Made by a program: the position numbers and the translations under genes. Shown one piece after another: positions 8,345 through 18,522 of a DNA stretch of 64,000 nt (its first letter is position 1; each line of letters opens with the position of its first letter). The DNA lies in IMG/VR virus record IMGVR_UViG_3300046786_000226, positions 1 to 64,000 of that record, one strand, 5' to 3'. The notes under the pieces were generated by a model. It searched no databases. It was not told where the DNA came from and saw only the letters and a program-made list of their open reading frames with translations. The stretch comes from a virus. Taxonomy: Duplodnaviria > Caudoviricetes.

Positions 8345-9511
8345 ATGATAAACAAAAATTTAGGCTTTTATGTATGTAATGGGCAGGAATTCTCATCTAA
8401 GATAAGAGCATTACTTTATAGCAATGAAGTAAACAAGCCAGTGGAATGGATATTCAATGATAGAATCTTTCAATCATATGATTGGAGCATTGAACCAGAA
8501 GAAACATTGGATGAATTATATGACCGCAGAGCCAGGCAACTAAGAAATGAATATGACTATGTTATTCTAAGCTATAGCGGCGGCGCTGATAGTCATAACA
8601 TTTTAATGAGCTTTGTTAGGCAAGGCCTGCACATAGACGAAATACTGGTCAATCATTTTGAAAAAGCTGCTGGTAAGTTTGTTGATTTAAACCCGGCAAA
8701 TAAAGATGCAAAAAATGCCGGAGCAGAACATTACTTACAGACATTACCAAGACTAAAAGAAATCGCACCTAAGATTCCTAAAACAAAAATTACACTAGCA
8801 GACATGAGTGACCACTTGTTTGGTTTAATGGAAAATACAGGAGACGCAAGTTGGATTCTATCCAAGAGAGAAGGTCTTAATCCTGCTGGCGCAACTCGTT
8901 TTAATTACTTACATCTCAGTGAAGTACGTAAACGATTCGACAAAGAAAAAAGCGTTTGTATGATCATTGGAGTAGAAAAACCTAAAGTGATGATCAGTAG
9001 AAGAGGTCATTTAATAATGAACTTTATTGACAGATCTGCTAATCAACAAACGGTATCCGAACATTTAAAAGATTATGATAATAGTGTAGCTGAGTTCTTT
9101 TATTGGAGCCCGCATTGTGTACGTATGCTAATTAAACAAGGCCATGTAATTAAAAGATTTTTAACTGCGAACCCTCAGATGCAGCAACATTGGTATATAG
9201 AAAATAATAACTTTGAAGTTTCTCGTTTAGTACATGAACCAATACTAAGAAATTTAATATACACTACATGGAACGAATCTTATTGGCAAGCAGATAAATC
9301 AACATCTGATTGGTACAGCGAGTTTGATCTTTGGTTTAAAAACGGATACTCGGACTCTAAAGCAGTCAACGTATGGCAAGAAGGTGTGGACTACGTTAGT
9401 AATAAACTATCAAACTATGTCTTAGAAGGTGGTGATGGTTTATTAAGATTTAAAAAACATTATGATCTTGGCCCAATGACTGGCTTGTTGCCTGAGTACG
9501 CTCCGAAATAA
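8345..9511 (+). CDS. PP-loop protein
   Basis: VILSYSGGADSHNIL; paralog of 10082-11263. Confidence 0.7.
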   Translation: MINKNLGFYVCNGQEFSSKIRALLYSNEVNKPVEWIFNDRIFQSYDWSIEPEETLDELYDRRARQLRNEYDYVILSYSGGADSHNILMSFVRQGLHIDEILVNHFEKAAGKFVDLNPANKDAKNAGAEHYLQTLPRLKEIAPKIPKTKITLADMSDHLFGLMENTGDASWILSKREGLNPAGATRFNYLHLSEVRKRFDKEKSVCMIIGVEKPKVMISRRGHLIMNFIDRSANQQTVSEHLKDYDNSVAEFFYWSPHCVRMLIKQGHVIKRFLTANPQMQQHWYIENNNFEVSRLVHEPILRNLIYTTWNESYWQADKSTSDWYSEFDLWFKNGYSDSKAVNVWQEGVDYVSNKLSNYVLEGGDGLLRFKKHYDLGPMTGLLPEYAPK

Positions 9512-10080
9512 TTTTTAAGCTCATCATAAGTAGGATTGTTGCTTAATACTACTTGTAAGAAATCAAAACTTTTGTCCCGCTTGTTACTAACAGCCGCCCA
9601 ATGGCATTGATGTTTTACTAATACCGGAATGCCTTTTCCTATAGGACAAGATCCTTCTACTATTTTGTTGCCATGCTCTTTACGCAATGCTGGCAACGAC
9701 TTTATATTGTCTTGTGTAATATAATTTGGATCATACCACACATAGTTTGCTGTGCTTTCTGAATCCAATGGTATGATAATACTGGCATTATAAATCTTGT
9801 CAACGTTGATATAATCACTGTTTTGTATTATTTTTGTAGAGCCAGTATTGATAGTAGATAGAACAACTTTACTGAGTTCATATCCTGCAGATATTAATTC
9901 TCCTATTAATGCCAACGAATACAGTTCATCAAACTGATAAAACTTTGGACTCAAATTGCCTGTGCTATTCCCCCAAGCTAAGTTTGCGTTAGGATGTGTC
10001 TTAATGTATTCTAAGTCGTAGGCTAATATAGATGCTAGGCTAGCAGAAACATCATTATTTGTTATTGGATAATATTCCAT
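9460..10080 (-). CDS. hypothetical protein, possibly a degenerate DSBH fold
   Basis: 206-aa ORF; beta-rich C-terminus; no clear HxD. Confidence 0.55.
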   Translation of the reverse strand: MEYYPITNNDVSASLASILAYDLEYIKTHPNANLAWGNSTGNLSPKFYQFDELYSLALIGELISAGYELSKVVLSTINTGSTKIIQNSDYINVDKIYNASIIIPLDSESTANYVWYDPNYITQDNIKSLPALRKEHGNKIVEGSCPIGKGIPVLVKHQCHWAAVSNKRDKSFDFLQVVLSNNPTYDELKNYFGAYSGNKPVIGPRS

Positions 10081-10081
10081 G

Positions 10082-11263
10082 TTACTCTAGAAAATGTAAT
10101 TTACTTCTAGACCTAACAAGTCCATGCATAATACCTTTCATGCTAGTCCATTCAGGTCCAACTACTTCTTTAAGTTTTTCCAAGCCATTGGTATAAATTC
10201 TGCGATGCTCACTGTACTCATCTTTTAGGAACCATTCATCACGTGGGCTCCACATTAATAAGAAATCATGTTTACCACTACTATAAGTGTTTGTATCCCA
10301 ATCAGGATATACTATTCTATGAACGCCGTTGTTAGTTAGATAATGCATTTGTCCATTGATTACAGTATTACCTAATACGTTATGTTTTGTAGTAAGCCAT
10401 CCAGCATCTATGTCTTGTTGTGGTACATTTTTAAGATAGCGCATTAGCATATGGCCTTGTTTACATAGCAAGTCACAGGCATCTGGACTCCAAAAGAAAA
10501 ATTCATCATTTTCCCATGGCCTGTTTAATGTCTGCGTTACTGGATTAACTGAATTATCTACGATGTCTACAAACTGTATTGCATATTTTCCATTTGCTAA
10601 ATTAACACGTGGTTTGTCCATGCCCCAAATAAAACAAACTCGTTTACCTTGGGCAAATAAATCAAGATAGTCTTTTTCTTTTTCTCTTATATAACGACGT
10701 GCTAGTTGATTGGGACTAAACACAGCGTTGGCTTTATACATGAAGTCAAACTTGTTATCATCTATGTTATATAAATCAGTTTGGTAATCCATATGATCTA
10801 CCAATCTAAATTTTGTGTTAGGACTTTTCTCTAACATCTTCTCTGCCACAGGAATAGCAACACGTTTAACTTCGCTGTTCAAATAGCTGTCCCAATTACC
10901 ATCGCCTGAGTGATTGTGAAATGTAGCCAATTCGTCAACAAATAAACCTTCGTCAACAAAGGCCTTTAACATGGTGTAACTGTCTGCTCCTCCACTCCAC
11001 CAAAGAACAATGTAATCATATCGTTCTCTAATTTGTCTAGCACGACGTTGGTATAACTCTTTGATACTTTCGGTGGGTTCTATTTTCCAATTATAGTTTG
11101 AAAATTCAATGTCATTAAAGTTCCAATGAACGTTATTTGGTTTGTTTATTCTTCTTGCCGCTTCAATTGCTTCTACTTTGCTGTAGGACTTAAAGTTGTC
11201 AACTTGGTAAAATCCAAACTTGTCTTTAGACAAATATGGTTCTGCGATAAGACTAGGATTCAT
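10082..11263 (-). CDS. PP-loop protein
   Basis: IVLWWSGGADSYTML. Confidence 0.7.
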   Translation of the reverse strand: MNPSLIAEPYLSKDKFGFYQVDNFKSYSKVEAIEAARRINKPNNVHWNFNDIEFSNYNWKIEPTESIKELYQRRARQIRERYDYIVLWWSGGADSYTMLKAFVDEGLFVDELATFHNHSGDGNWDSYLNSEVKRVAIPVAEKMLEKSPNTKFRLVDHMDYQTDLYNIDDNKFDFMYKANAVFSPNQLARRYIREKEKDYLDLFAQGKRVCFIWGMDKPRVNLANGKYAIQFVDIVDNSVNPVTQTLNRPWENDEFFFWSPDACDLLCKQGHMLMRYLKNVPQQDIDAGWLTTKHNVLGNTVINGQMHYLTNNGVHRIVYPDWDTNTYSSGKHDFLLMWSPRDEWFLKDEYSEHRRIYTNGLEKLKEVVGPEWTSMKGIMHGLVRSRSKLHFLE

Positions 11264-11315
11264 AAATATTATTGGAAGCTATTCGCTTCTATTTATAAAA
11301 AGAATCCTAATACAA

Positions 11316-12227
11316 ATGAAAAAAATAATCGCATTGATAAGTGCAGTAATATTTGCGTCTGCGTCGTTAGCAAGTACAATAGAATTAACAGTACATCACG
11401 CACCCGGAGGACCTAGCGATAGTATAACTAGGTTTATTGCTAAAGACATGCCAGATAACTATGTTGTTCAAAACAGGCCAGGAGCACAAGGCAGAATAGC
11501 AATGAAGCAAGTGCTCAAAGGCGAAAGCGTTATTGCCGCTACTATGTCACAGATATACGTGACTAACCCAATGAATTTTAAAGACTTGGAATATAATCCA
11601 GAAAGAGATTTAGAAATATTGGCAACTGTTGCAGTTATGCCAAATTTACTTGCATGCCGTAAAGGTCTGGGATTTAAAACTATTGATGATTTTTTAAAAT
11701 ACGAAGGCAAGCCGTTAAGTTTTGCAGTTAACGGCTATGGTAGCAATGAACACATCGCCACAGAGTCTTTGTTAACAAAAATAAAGATGAAACACATAAT
11801 TGTTCCATATGCCTCAGGCGGTAACAAAGGCGTCATTGATGTATTAGCCGGGAACGTTGACTGTTCATTTGCTAATTTCGCAACGTTAAAAGTATTTGTC
11901 AATGATAATAGAATTGATATCTTATTGAGTAGTCATGACATTGGACTTAAGGCAATTCCAACATGGGAAAAACAATTTAAAGAATCATACCCATACCAAA
12001 GTTATATTAGTCTAGTTGTTGCAAAGTCAATGAACGCCGCAACAAAGAAAAAAATTATCAGTGATCTAAATAAAGTTTTTACAAATAAAACTTTTAAAGA
12101 ATCTGTATACAACTTGGGATTGATTCCAGTTGCATCATCTGAGATATGGTCAACTAATGCAGTATTGAAAAGCAACAGATTGCTTGAATATTTTATACTT
12201 AACAATAAATTAAATATCAGCCAATGA
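11316..12227 (+). CDS. tctC: tripartite tricarboxylate transporter substrate-binding protein (TctC/Bug)
   Basis: Signal peptide, HHAPGGPSDSITR, VQNRPGAQGRIA, VPYASGG, DVLAGNVD. Confidence 0.85.
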   Translation: MKKIIALISAVIFASASLASTIELTVHHAPGGPSDSITRFIAKDMPDNYVVQNRPGAQGRIAMKQVLKGESVIAATMSQIYVTNPMNFKDLEYNPERDLEILATVAVMPNLLACRKGLGFKTIDDFLKYEGKPLSFAVNGYGSNEHIATESLLTKIKMKHIIVPYASGGNKGVIDVLAGNVDCSFANFATLKVFVNDNRIDILLSSHDIGLKAIPTWEKQFKESYPYQSYISLVVAKSMNAATKKKIISDLNKVFTNKTFKESVYNLGLIPVASSEIWSTNAVLKSNRLLEYFILNNKLNISQ

Positions 12228-13147
12228 AAAAATTTTTATTTGTAATACTAGTGCTATTGAGTAATAGCATTTTTGCAAAAGAAAAAATAGCTATCTTTTT
12301 TCCTTATGCACCGAGCGCCAGCAGTACACCAGCAATGCTTCGAGTAGTAGATGAAGCAAACAAACTCCAAAGTGATTATAATTTTGTCTTAGAGTTTAAA
12401 CCAGGCGGCAATCAAACACTAGCATTAAAAGCAATGGACCAGGATCCAAAAAATAGTCTAGCATTGATAGCACCTGCCTATGTTGAAAACTATCGTAGTA
12501 AAGTAATAGATCAAAATAACTATGTTCCAGTATGGGCTATGGGCGATGCTTGCTGGGCAGTATTCACTAATGTAGGTGACACGGCTCGGGGAATTAAAAG
12601 CCTGTCCGGAATAAAAGAATTAGTAATAGGCGGTGTTGGCTTTGGAAATGCCGCGCATCTAACTGGCATTATGTTAGGAGAGAAATTTAAATTCGATACA
12701 CGCTATATTGTTTTTAAATCAAACACAGATGCTTTAGTAAACATGGTAGGAAATAATGGAGTCAGTATGGCCATTGACAAGATCGAAGGTTATTCATCTT
12801 TTAAGCCTAAAAATAATGATTTACAAGTTCTTGCGGTAAGTTGTCCAAATCGGATGTCCGCAATGCCCGAAGTTAAAACACTTAAAGAACAAGGAATCAA
12901 TGCCCCTACGGTTTTTAACATCGTTGTTGCCAATAAATCTATGGATGATTATAAGCGTACAAAACTTCGCGCTATACTTACTTTAGCCGCAGAACGTATG
13001 GGTGCAGATGCTTTTATGAAACTAAGCGGGATGATCCCCCCGCAATTTAACAAGGTTTCCCATGATGAATTTTATTCAAGAAGTACAGCAATATTTGATA
13101 GCTTATTAACTCGCTACGAAAACATCATCGAAAATGCTAAGAAATAA
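12224..13147 (+). CDS. tctC: TctC/Bug-family substrate-binding protein
   Basis: Signal peptide, FPYAPSAS, EFKPGGNQ, PEVKTLKEQGI. Confidence 0.8.
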   Translation: MKKFLFVILVLLSNSIFAKEKIAIFFPYAPSASSTPAMLRVVDEANKLQSDYNFVLEFKPGGNQTLALKAMDQDPKNSLALIAPAYVENYRSKVIDQNNYVPVWAMGDACWAVFTNVGDTARGIKSLSGIKELVIGGVGFGNAAHLTGIMLGEKFKFDTRYIVFKSNTDALVNMVGNNGVSMAIDKIEGYSSFKPKNNDLQVLAVSCPNRMSAMPEVKTLKEQGINAPTVFNIVVANKSMDDYKRTKLRAILTLAAERMGADAFMKLSGMIPPQFNKVSHDEFYSRSTAIFDSLLTRYENIIENAKK

Positions 13148-13188
13148 ATTTAAAGATAAATAAAGTAAACGAATTCTAGGAGATAATC

Positions 13189-13551
13189 GTGTATAAACAA
13201 ACATTCACTACAGTTAGACCAAATACAGACGTACCATTCTTTATTAATACGCCATTGGGTCAAGAGTACGAAAAACTTGCAGTCGAAGCTAGGGATGCTC
13301 TTCCTACAAGCGACCCAACGCTTGGTGTAGATCAAGAAAATGCACTAATTGGATTTAATAGAGTGGAAAGTCCAGATGGATTAACATTGACAACTACTTT
13401 TCTTTATGTGTCAAGCACCGGCAAAGATCAGTTTAAAACTGATTTAGATGCCCGCGCTCTTGCAAAAAATATGGAACTAATGCAAACAGTTCGTAACGCA
13501 TATAATGATGCTAATAATCACAGTTCAACCGTAGAATTTGAAATTATTTAA
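13189..13551 (+). CDS. hypothetical protein
   Basis: GTG start with AGGAG SD, 120 aa. Confidence 0.75.
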   Translation: MYKQTFTTVRPNTDVPFFINTPLGQEYEKLAVEARDALPTSDPTLGVDQENALIGFNRVESPDGLTLTTTFLYVSSTGKDQFKTDLDARALAKNMELMQTVRNAYNDANNHSSTVEFEII

Positions 13552-13552
13552 T

Positions 13553-13894
13553 TTACTCTTTATTCGCCCAAAGATTTATATCTCCTGCGTATAGCGTAAA
13601 TTCAAAGGCGTCTAGTTCACTAAACAGTATAAGCTTTTTCTTACTTAGATAGTAGGGCCATTCCATCCTACTATCTAACATTAGTAGAGTTTTATTTAGA
13701 ATCTTATAATCCTGCGGAATCTTAACAGTATAAGTTTCCCATAAAAAACTGGCTAGGTCGAAACCTAAGCCAGTAAATCTTGTACCCTTGCTATTTTTAA
13801 AAATTTGAAAAAAGTCTAATGGTTTATCAACGGATTTTTGTATCTCGTTTAAAACCAGTTTACTTATCTGCTCTTTTGATAAGGTCATATTCAT
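13553..13894 (-). CDS. hypothetical phage protein
   Basis: 113-aa ORF in operon. Confidence 0.7.
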   Translation of the reverse strand: MNMTLSKEQISKLVLNEIQKSVDKPLDFFQIFKNSKGTRFTGLGFDLASFLWETYTVKIPQDYKILNKTLLMLDSRMEWPYYLSKKKLILFSELDAFEFTLYAGDINLWANKE

Positions 13895-14177
13895 TGACCT
13901 GTGTACCTTGTATAAGTTCTACTACAGTAAAATCATTACATTTAAAAAGTTTATTCATCTTTTCCATTAAATTAAATGCATGTCCTGAATTACTGAAACT
14001 TACTTTTTTGTATTTTGGTCCTGGATAATCTTGTAAACTGTTTAAGTGTGTTCTAAGATTAAAAGGTTTACCTTGATAAAAAACAGCATAGATGGCTTCG
14101 GCTTCTAGAATCTCTTCGCTTTTGTAACTGCTGGGGTCTGTATATGTTAAAAGTATAGTAGGTTTCGGTCTAGCCAT
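13860..14177 (-). CDS. hypothetical phage protein
   Basis: 105 aa, AGGAG SD, upstream TAAATA. Confidence 0.75.
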   Translation of the reverse strand: MARPKPTILLTYTDPSSYKSEEILEAEAIYAVFYQGKPFNLRTHLNSLQDYPGPKYKKVSFSNSGHAFNLMEKMNKLFKCNDFTVVELIQGTQVNEYDLIKRADK

Positions 14178-14226
14178 TTGTGTTTCTCCTACTTTTATTT
14201 ATCAGAAAAACACATTAAATGCTAAC

Positions 14227-14691
14227 TTAATCTTCCAAAACTGCTTCCTTTTGTTGTCCCAAAACTACTTTAAGATCCATTTTAGTCTTATAAGGACCTA
14301 CAAATATGTTAGTTTTAATAGTGCTAAAACGAGGACACAAGCTAGCTACCCAGCCATTTTTAAACTTTAAACCATACCAACCAGCTACATGAGTACTTTT
14401 ACTAGCGGCCTTCTTAGTAAATGTAGGAAATCCTTCGATTTCTTTGACGTTAAAAACTTCTTCTTGGTCAGTGGGAAAGCCCATTACTTCAATGTTGCCG
14501 CCCTGTGTTAAATCACGAACAACAAATTCAATACCTAAGTTTTTAAGATCATTAGCATCATGTGCTACGAAATCTTTACGTTTAAGATTGATAGTATAAT
14601 TGTCATCCTTAAAGTTCATCATGCCAACACGCTTGGCATTTTCCTCTAGAATCCAAAACTTATCTTTAATAATACTTTTAGCCAAAATCAT
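14227..14691 (-). CDS. hypothetical phage protein
   Basis: 154 aa, start overlaps RNase H stop. Confidence 0.7.
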   Translation of the reverse strand: MILAKSIIKDKFWILEENAKRVGMMNFKDDNYTINLKRKDFVAHDANDLKNLGIEFVVRDLTQGGNIEVMGFPTDQEEVFNVKEIEGFPTFTKKAASKSTHVAGWYGLKFKNGWVASLCPRFSTIKTNIFVGPYKTKMDLKVVLGQQKEAVLED

Positions 14692-15677
14692 TTATATGTT
14701 GCTCCGAGATACTCGCCATGTTCCGCCATTCTGTCTGCGATATTGACAAGGTTCCATTTACCGCAAAATTTAACAAAATGCATTCCTACTTGTTTAACAG
14801 GAGCCTTTCCTGCTACAGTGGCAATTGTTTCATCTAACGCTAGTTTAATATCTTCTGGCTGTTCTGTCAAGTCAATTAGTTGTTTATTGAACAAGTACTT
14901 GTCACGAACTCTGTGCTCGACACCTTCGTGGTCAACCCAACGCTGAAGCATGAGATTGTTCCAATTATAGCCCTTGGTATCTCTGTCAGCGAAAGCTTCG
15001 CGAAGACCAACTTTATTCTTTGTACCTTTTTCACGTACACCTGGATAAGCAGAGAAGACATTGTCGGATGTATCGCCTCGCATACATTTCTCGAACAACA
15101 ACCATTGTGGATCAGGAGGGGCAAGATCTTCTTTAGTTTTCTTATCCTTAACTCGCTTGCCCTTTTCATCAAAAATACCGTCAACTGTAATTAATTGTTT
15201 AGTAATGCCATTGAACTGTTTAACATTCGGTGCCAGCAATTGATAAAAGTCGCTGTCACTGCTTACAATAATATGAGTATCGTCTGGATGTACTTGTGTC
15301 CAACGAGCAATGAAGTCATCAGCTTCGCAACGTTCATGTCTAAGTACGGTACAGTTACTTTTAGCTTCAAAGAACTCTTTGAGTTCATCAAAGGCTTTCC
15401 AAAACATTTGGTCTTCTTCTTGTTCTTTTGGACTCAATGCAGCACGAGCATCACTGCGGTTACGTTTATAGCCTTCGTAGACATCTTTGCGCCAGCTTCG
15501 ACCTTCTAAACAAATAACGACGTGACTGCCTTTAAAATCACGCCATACTTTGTTAATACTGTTAAACATAATATGGTAAGCCATACCAGCTTTTGTTTCA
15601 GCATCTTCTCCACGCACAACATGTCGTGCTCTGAAGAACATATTAGCGGCATCTACGAGTAAGTAAGTTTTATTCAT
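14688..15677 (-). CDS. rnh: T4-type RNase H / 5'-3' flap exonuclease
   Basis: YLLVDAANMFFRA, CEADDFIA, VSSDSDFYQL, MRGDTSDNV. Confidence 0.9.
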   Translation of the reverse strand: MNKTYLLVDAANMFFRARHVVRGEDAETKAGMAYHIMFNSINKVWRDFKGSHVVICLEGRSWRKDVYEGYKRNRSDARAALSPKEQEEDQMFWKAFDELKEFFEAKSNCTVLRHERCEADDFIARWTQVHPDDTHIIVSSDSDFYQLLAPNVKQFNGITKQLITVDGIFDEKGKRVKDKKTKEDLAPPDPQWLLFEKCMRGDTSDNVFSAYPGVREKGTKNKVGLREAFADRDTKGYNWNNLMLQRWVDHEGVEHRVRDKYLFNKQLIDLTEQPEDIKLALDETIATVAGKAPVKQVGMHFVKFCGKWNLVNIADRMAEHGEYLGATYK

Positions 15678-15879
15678 TAAAATAAGATTCAATAATTTTC
15701 TGATCAAGTTGTTCTTTGAAAGCTAGATTAAACTCTTGCATAAGACTCATAAACTCTGCGTATTCTCTAGCTGTCATTAAGAACTCGTTCCAATTATCTT
15801 CTTCTTGTTTTTTGAGTCCAACAACAATATGGTCGTCGCCAACCCAATTAACCTTAAAAGTTAAATTTTTAGAAGACAT
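15670..15879 (-). CDS. hypothetical protein
   Basis: 69-aa ORF in operon. Confidence 0.65.
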   Translation of the reverse strand: MSSKNLTFKVNWVGDDHIVVGLKKQEEDNWNEFLMTAREYAEFMSLMQEFNLAFKEQLDQKIIESYFNE

Positions 15880-15894
15880 GCTATTGTACCTTAA

Positions 15895-16224
15895 TTAAGA
15901 CTTCTTGTCAACTTTTTTACGCTTTTTTGGTAAAATGTCAGCATCTGCTACAAATTTGGATTCTTCGTCCATTTGTTGCCCAATATTTTTACACAAATCG
16001 GTAAACCATTTGTCGACGATTTCTTCTTCATTATTACCTTGATAATTGTGTTCTTTAAGGAATGTAATAAAAGCAGGGTTCCATTCCAACTCCATAAAGC
16101 CTTGTCGAGGATTGTTTTCGTCAAAGTCCGTGTTGACTACACGAACTTGAGGTTCCTTACTTTCTTTCCAATTCTTGCCTGGTTCTTCTTTTTTGGCAAA
16201 TAGATTTTTTAGTTTGTTTAGCAT
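15895..16224 (-). CDS. hypothetical phage protein
   Basis: Start MLNKLKNLF overlapping metK stop (TAATG). Confidence 0.7.
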   Translation of the reverse strand: MLNKLKNLFAKKEEPGKNWKESKEPQVRVVNTDFDENNPRQGFMELEWNPAFITFLKEHNYQGNNEEEIVDKWFTDLCKNIGQQMDEESKFVADADILPKKRKKVDKKS

Positions 16225-17324
16225 TAGAATAAATCCACTTCTTCCCATGGCAAATATGATTTACCAAAATGTCCGTAATTTGTTGTCAAGCTATAAATGG
16301 GACGGAACAAGTTGAAACGATCAATGATGCCTTTTGGTGTCAAGTCGACATTATCTTGTACCCACTTGGTTAAATCTCTACTCTGTTTAGTATCGGCAGT
16401 TTCGATATAAAAACTCATTGGTTGTTCTAGACCAATAGCATAACTAATTTGACAAGTAGCCCATGGCGCTTGCCCACTTGCTACGATGTTCTTAGCAATG
16501 TAACGCATCATGTACGCGGCAGACCTATCAACTTTCGTAGGATCTTTACCACTAAACGCACCACCACCATGGGGACTATAACCACCATAAGTATCAACAA
16601 TGATTTTTCTTCCGGTGAGTCCAGTGTCACCATCAGGACCGCCAATGACAAAACGACCAGTAGGATTGATAAAAAATTTAGTGTTGTCATCTAAGTATTT
16701 CCCGGGCAATATATTTCTAATAAAGCCGCCTACTATTTTACGAACAGATTCGATGTCTGTATCTTCGCTATGTTGTGTACTACAAACCACTTTAGCAACA
16801 CGTTTAGGAGTACCGTCATCGTTGTATTCAAATGTAACTTGACTCTTGGCATCTGGGCCTAAGAATTTCAGCAAACCATTCTTACGTGCTTCAGTTAGTC
16901 CTTCAACAATACGATGACTCCAATAAATTGCGCTAGGCATATATGTAGAAGTTTCATTACAAGCATAACCAAACATTAGGCCTTGGTCGCCGGCACCAAA
17001 GTTATCTGTGCCTAGTGCAATGTCGGCACTTTGTCCATGTAGCAAGTTAGTAATTTCAACTGTGCGCCAATCAAATCCGCTTTGTTCATAGCCGACATCT
17101 TTAATGACTTTACGAATAGCAACTTCGACTTCTTCGTTATGTAAAATGCCTTTGTATTCTCCAGCTACTACAACACGATTGGTAGTAACTAATGTTTCAC
17201 AGGCACAACGAAGTGCTGGATTTTGTTGCGACATAACTAAGTCTAAAACAGCATCACTGATAGCATCAGCAATTTTATCTGGGTGTCCTTCTGACACGCT
17301 TTCGCTAGTAAACAAATAACTCAT
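16224..17324 (-). CDS. metK: S-adenosylmethionine synthetase
   Basis: FTSESVSEGHPDKIAD, GAGDQGLMFG, GLTGRKIIVDTYGG, GGAFSGKDPTKVDRS. Confidence 0.97.
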   Translation of the reverse strand: MSYLFTSESVSEGHPDKIADAISDAVLDLVMSQQNPALRCACETLVTTNRVVVAGEYKGILHNEEVEVAIRKVIKDVGYEQSGFDWRTVEITNLLHGQSADIALGTDNFGAGDQGLMFGYACNETSTYMPSAIYWSHRIVEGLTEARKNGLLKFLGPDAKSQVTFEYNDDGTPKRVAKVVCSTQHSEDTDIESVRKIVGGFIRNILPGKYLDDNTKFFINPTGRFVIGGPDGDTGLTGRKIIVDTYGGYSPHGGGAFSGKDPTKVDRSAAYMMRYIAKNIVASGQAPWATCQISYAIGLEQPMSFYIETADTKQSRDLTKWVQDNVDLTPKGIIDRFNLFRPIYSLTTNYGHFGKSYLPWEEVDLF

Positions 17325-17674
17325 TCTTTTCCTTGTAATTCTTCTATTACAGTTGTAATAGTATTAGCGACATTCAATGCCGCTTGTTTGCCTAAGATCA
17401 GTGAATGTTGATCTTCTCTATAACCATGTATTAAAATATCCCAAGCGGCTTTAATACGACTAAAGCCTGGTTTCCACAATGGCGTGGTAGTATTTACATA
17501 AAAAGTCATTTCAATGTCTTGCGTATCTTTATCACCATTTAGTTCAATCCACATATGAACTTGGTGATCTCCGTCATGACAATCGCAGGCAATGGTATAC
17601 GCTTTGCTTTTACCGTAATCTGCGTCAAACATTATACCTGCCGCAGGTGTTTGTGCTTTCATTACTTGCCCCAT
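17321..17674 (-). CDS. hypothetical protein
   Basis: 117 aa, CDC..DH motif. Confidence 0.7.
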   Translation of the reverse strand: MGQVMKAQTPAAGIMFDADYGKSKAYTIACDCHDGDHQVHMWIELNGDKDTQDIEMTFYVNTTTPLWKPGFSRIKAAWDILIHGYREDQHSLILGKQAALNVANTITTVIEELQGKE

Positions 17675-18522
17675 CCATTACTCCAGATGTCAACGTGTAG
17701 TCTAGGACTATAACGATAACCTTTTTCTAAGGCAATGTCAGCAATGTGTTTACTGTTAGCAAAGTAAGCCGCATCTGTACCGCCTACAGGCATAACAAAT
17801 ACTGGGCCTTTGAAGCCTGCTTCACGATACTCTGCAGTAGCGGCATCTACTTCTTTAAAGTCTTCTAGAGTATCAACTACAAACTTCAAATAAGTAAAAC
17901 CACGTGTTTGATATTCTACAACTACTTCGGGACAGATAGCATCCTTCCACAGTTCGCCACTGGCACTTAGCTTAGGACTAACGCTAAATGTAATTTGATC
18001 TTTGCGTAGATGATAGTCGTTCATTAAGAATCTTTTAAAATCCTCATGCAAGTGTTGAGTGCCGTTTGTCTCGAAAGTTAAGTTTTCGAGATCGCGCATC
18101 TTGTTTTCACTTAGCAAATCTGGATACAGTTGTTGCCAACCCAGCAAAGGTTCACCGCCAGTAATAACAAGATGAACGTCGTTGCCATTGTCTTGTTTCC
18201 AAGCATGATTGGGGGTTAACTCGAGCATCTTATCAATAGCTTCGTCGATACTGTAATACGGACTTAGGTGTTTAAATGCAGGATGCCATGACGCATAACT
18301 GTCACAGCCTGTTTGTGCCAATGGCAAATCCATAAAAGTTGGATATAGATTAACAACTTGAGCAATGTCATCTGGCTCTGTAGTTTTCAAGCCTCGCTCT
18401 AGGCCAAAGCCCGGGCATTTGAAGTTACAACCAAATGTTCTAAAAAATACTGAAGGTACGCCAATAAAGCGACCTTCGCCTTGTGCGCTATAAAAGATTT
18501 CACTTACTTTAATTTTATCCAT
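17662..18522 (-). CDS. queE: 7-carboxy-7-deazaguanine synthase (radical SAM)
   Basis: SEIFYSAQGEG, FFRTFGCNFKC...CDS, VITGGEPL, FETNGT, SVSPKL, SPRLH. Confidence 0.9.
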   Translation of the reverse strand: MDKIKVSEIFYSAQGEGRFIGVPSVFFRTFGCNFKCPGFGLERGLKTTEPDDIAQVVNLYPTFMDLPLAQTGCDSYASWHPAFKHLSPYYSIDEAIDKMLELTPNHAWKQDNGNDVHLVITGGEPLLGWQQLYPDLLSENKMRDLENLTFETNGTQHLHEDFKRFLMNDYHLRKDQITFSVSPKLSASGELWKDAICPEVVVEYQTRGFTYLKFVVDTLEDFKEVDAATAEYREAGFKGPVFVMPVGGTDAAYFANSKHIADIALEKGYRYSPRLHVDIWSNGWGK

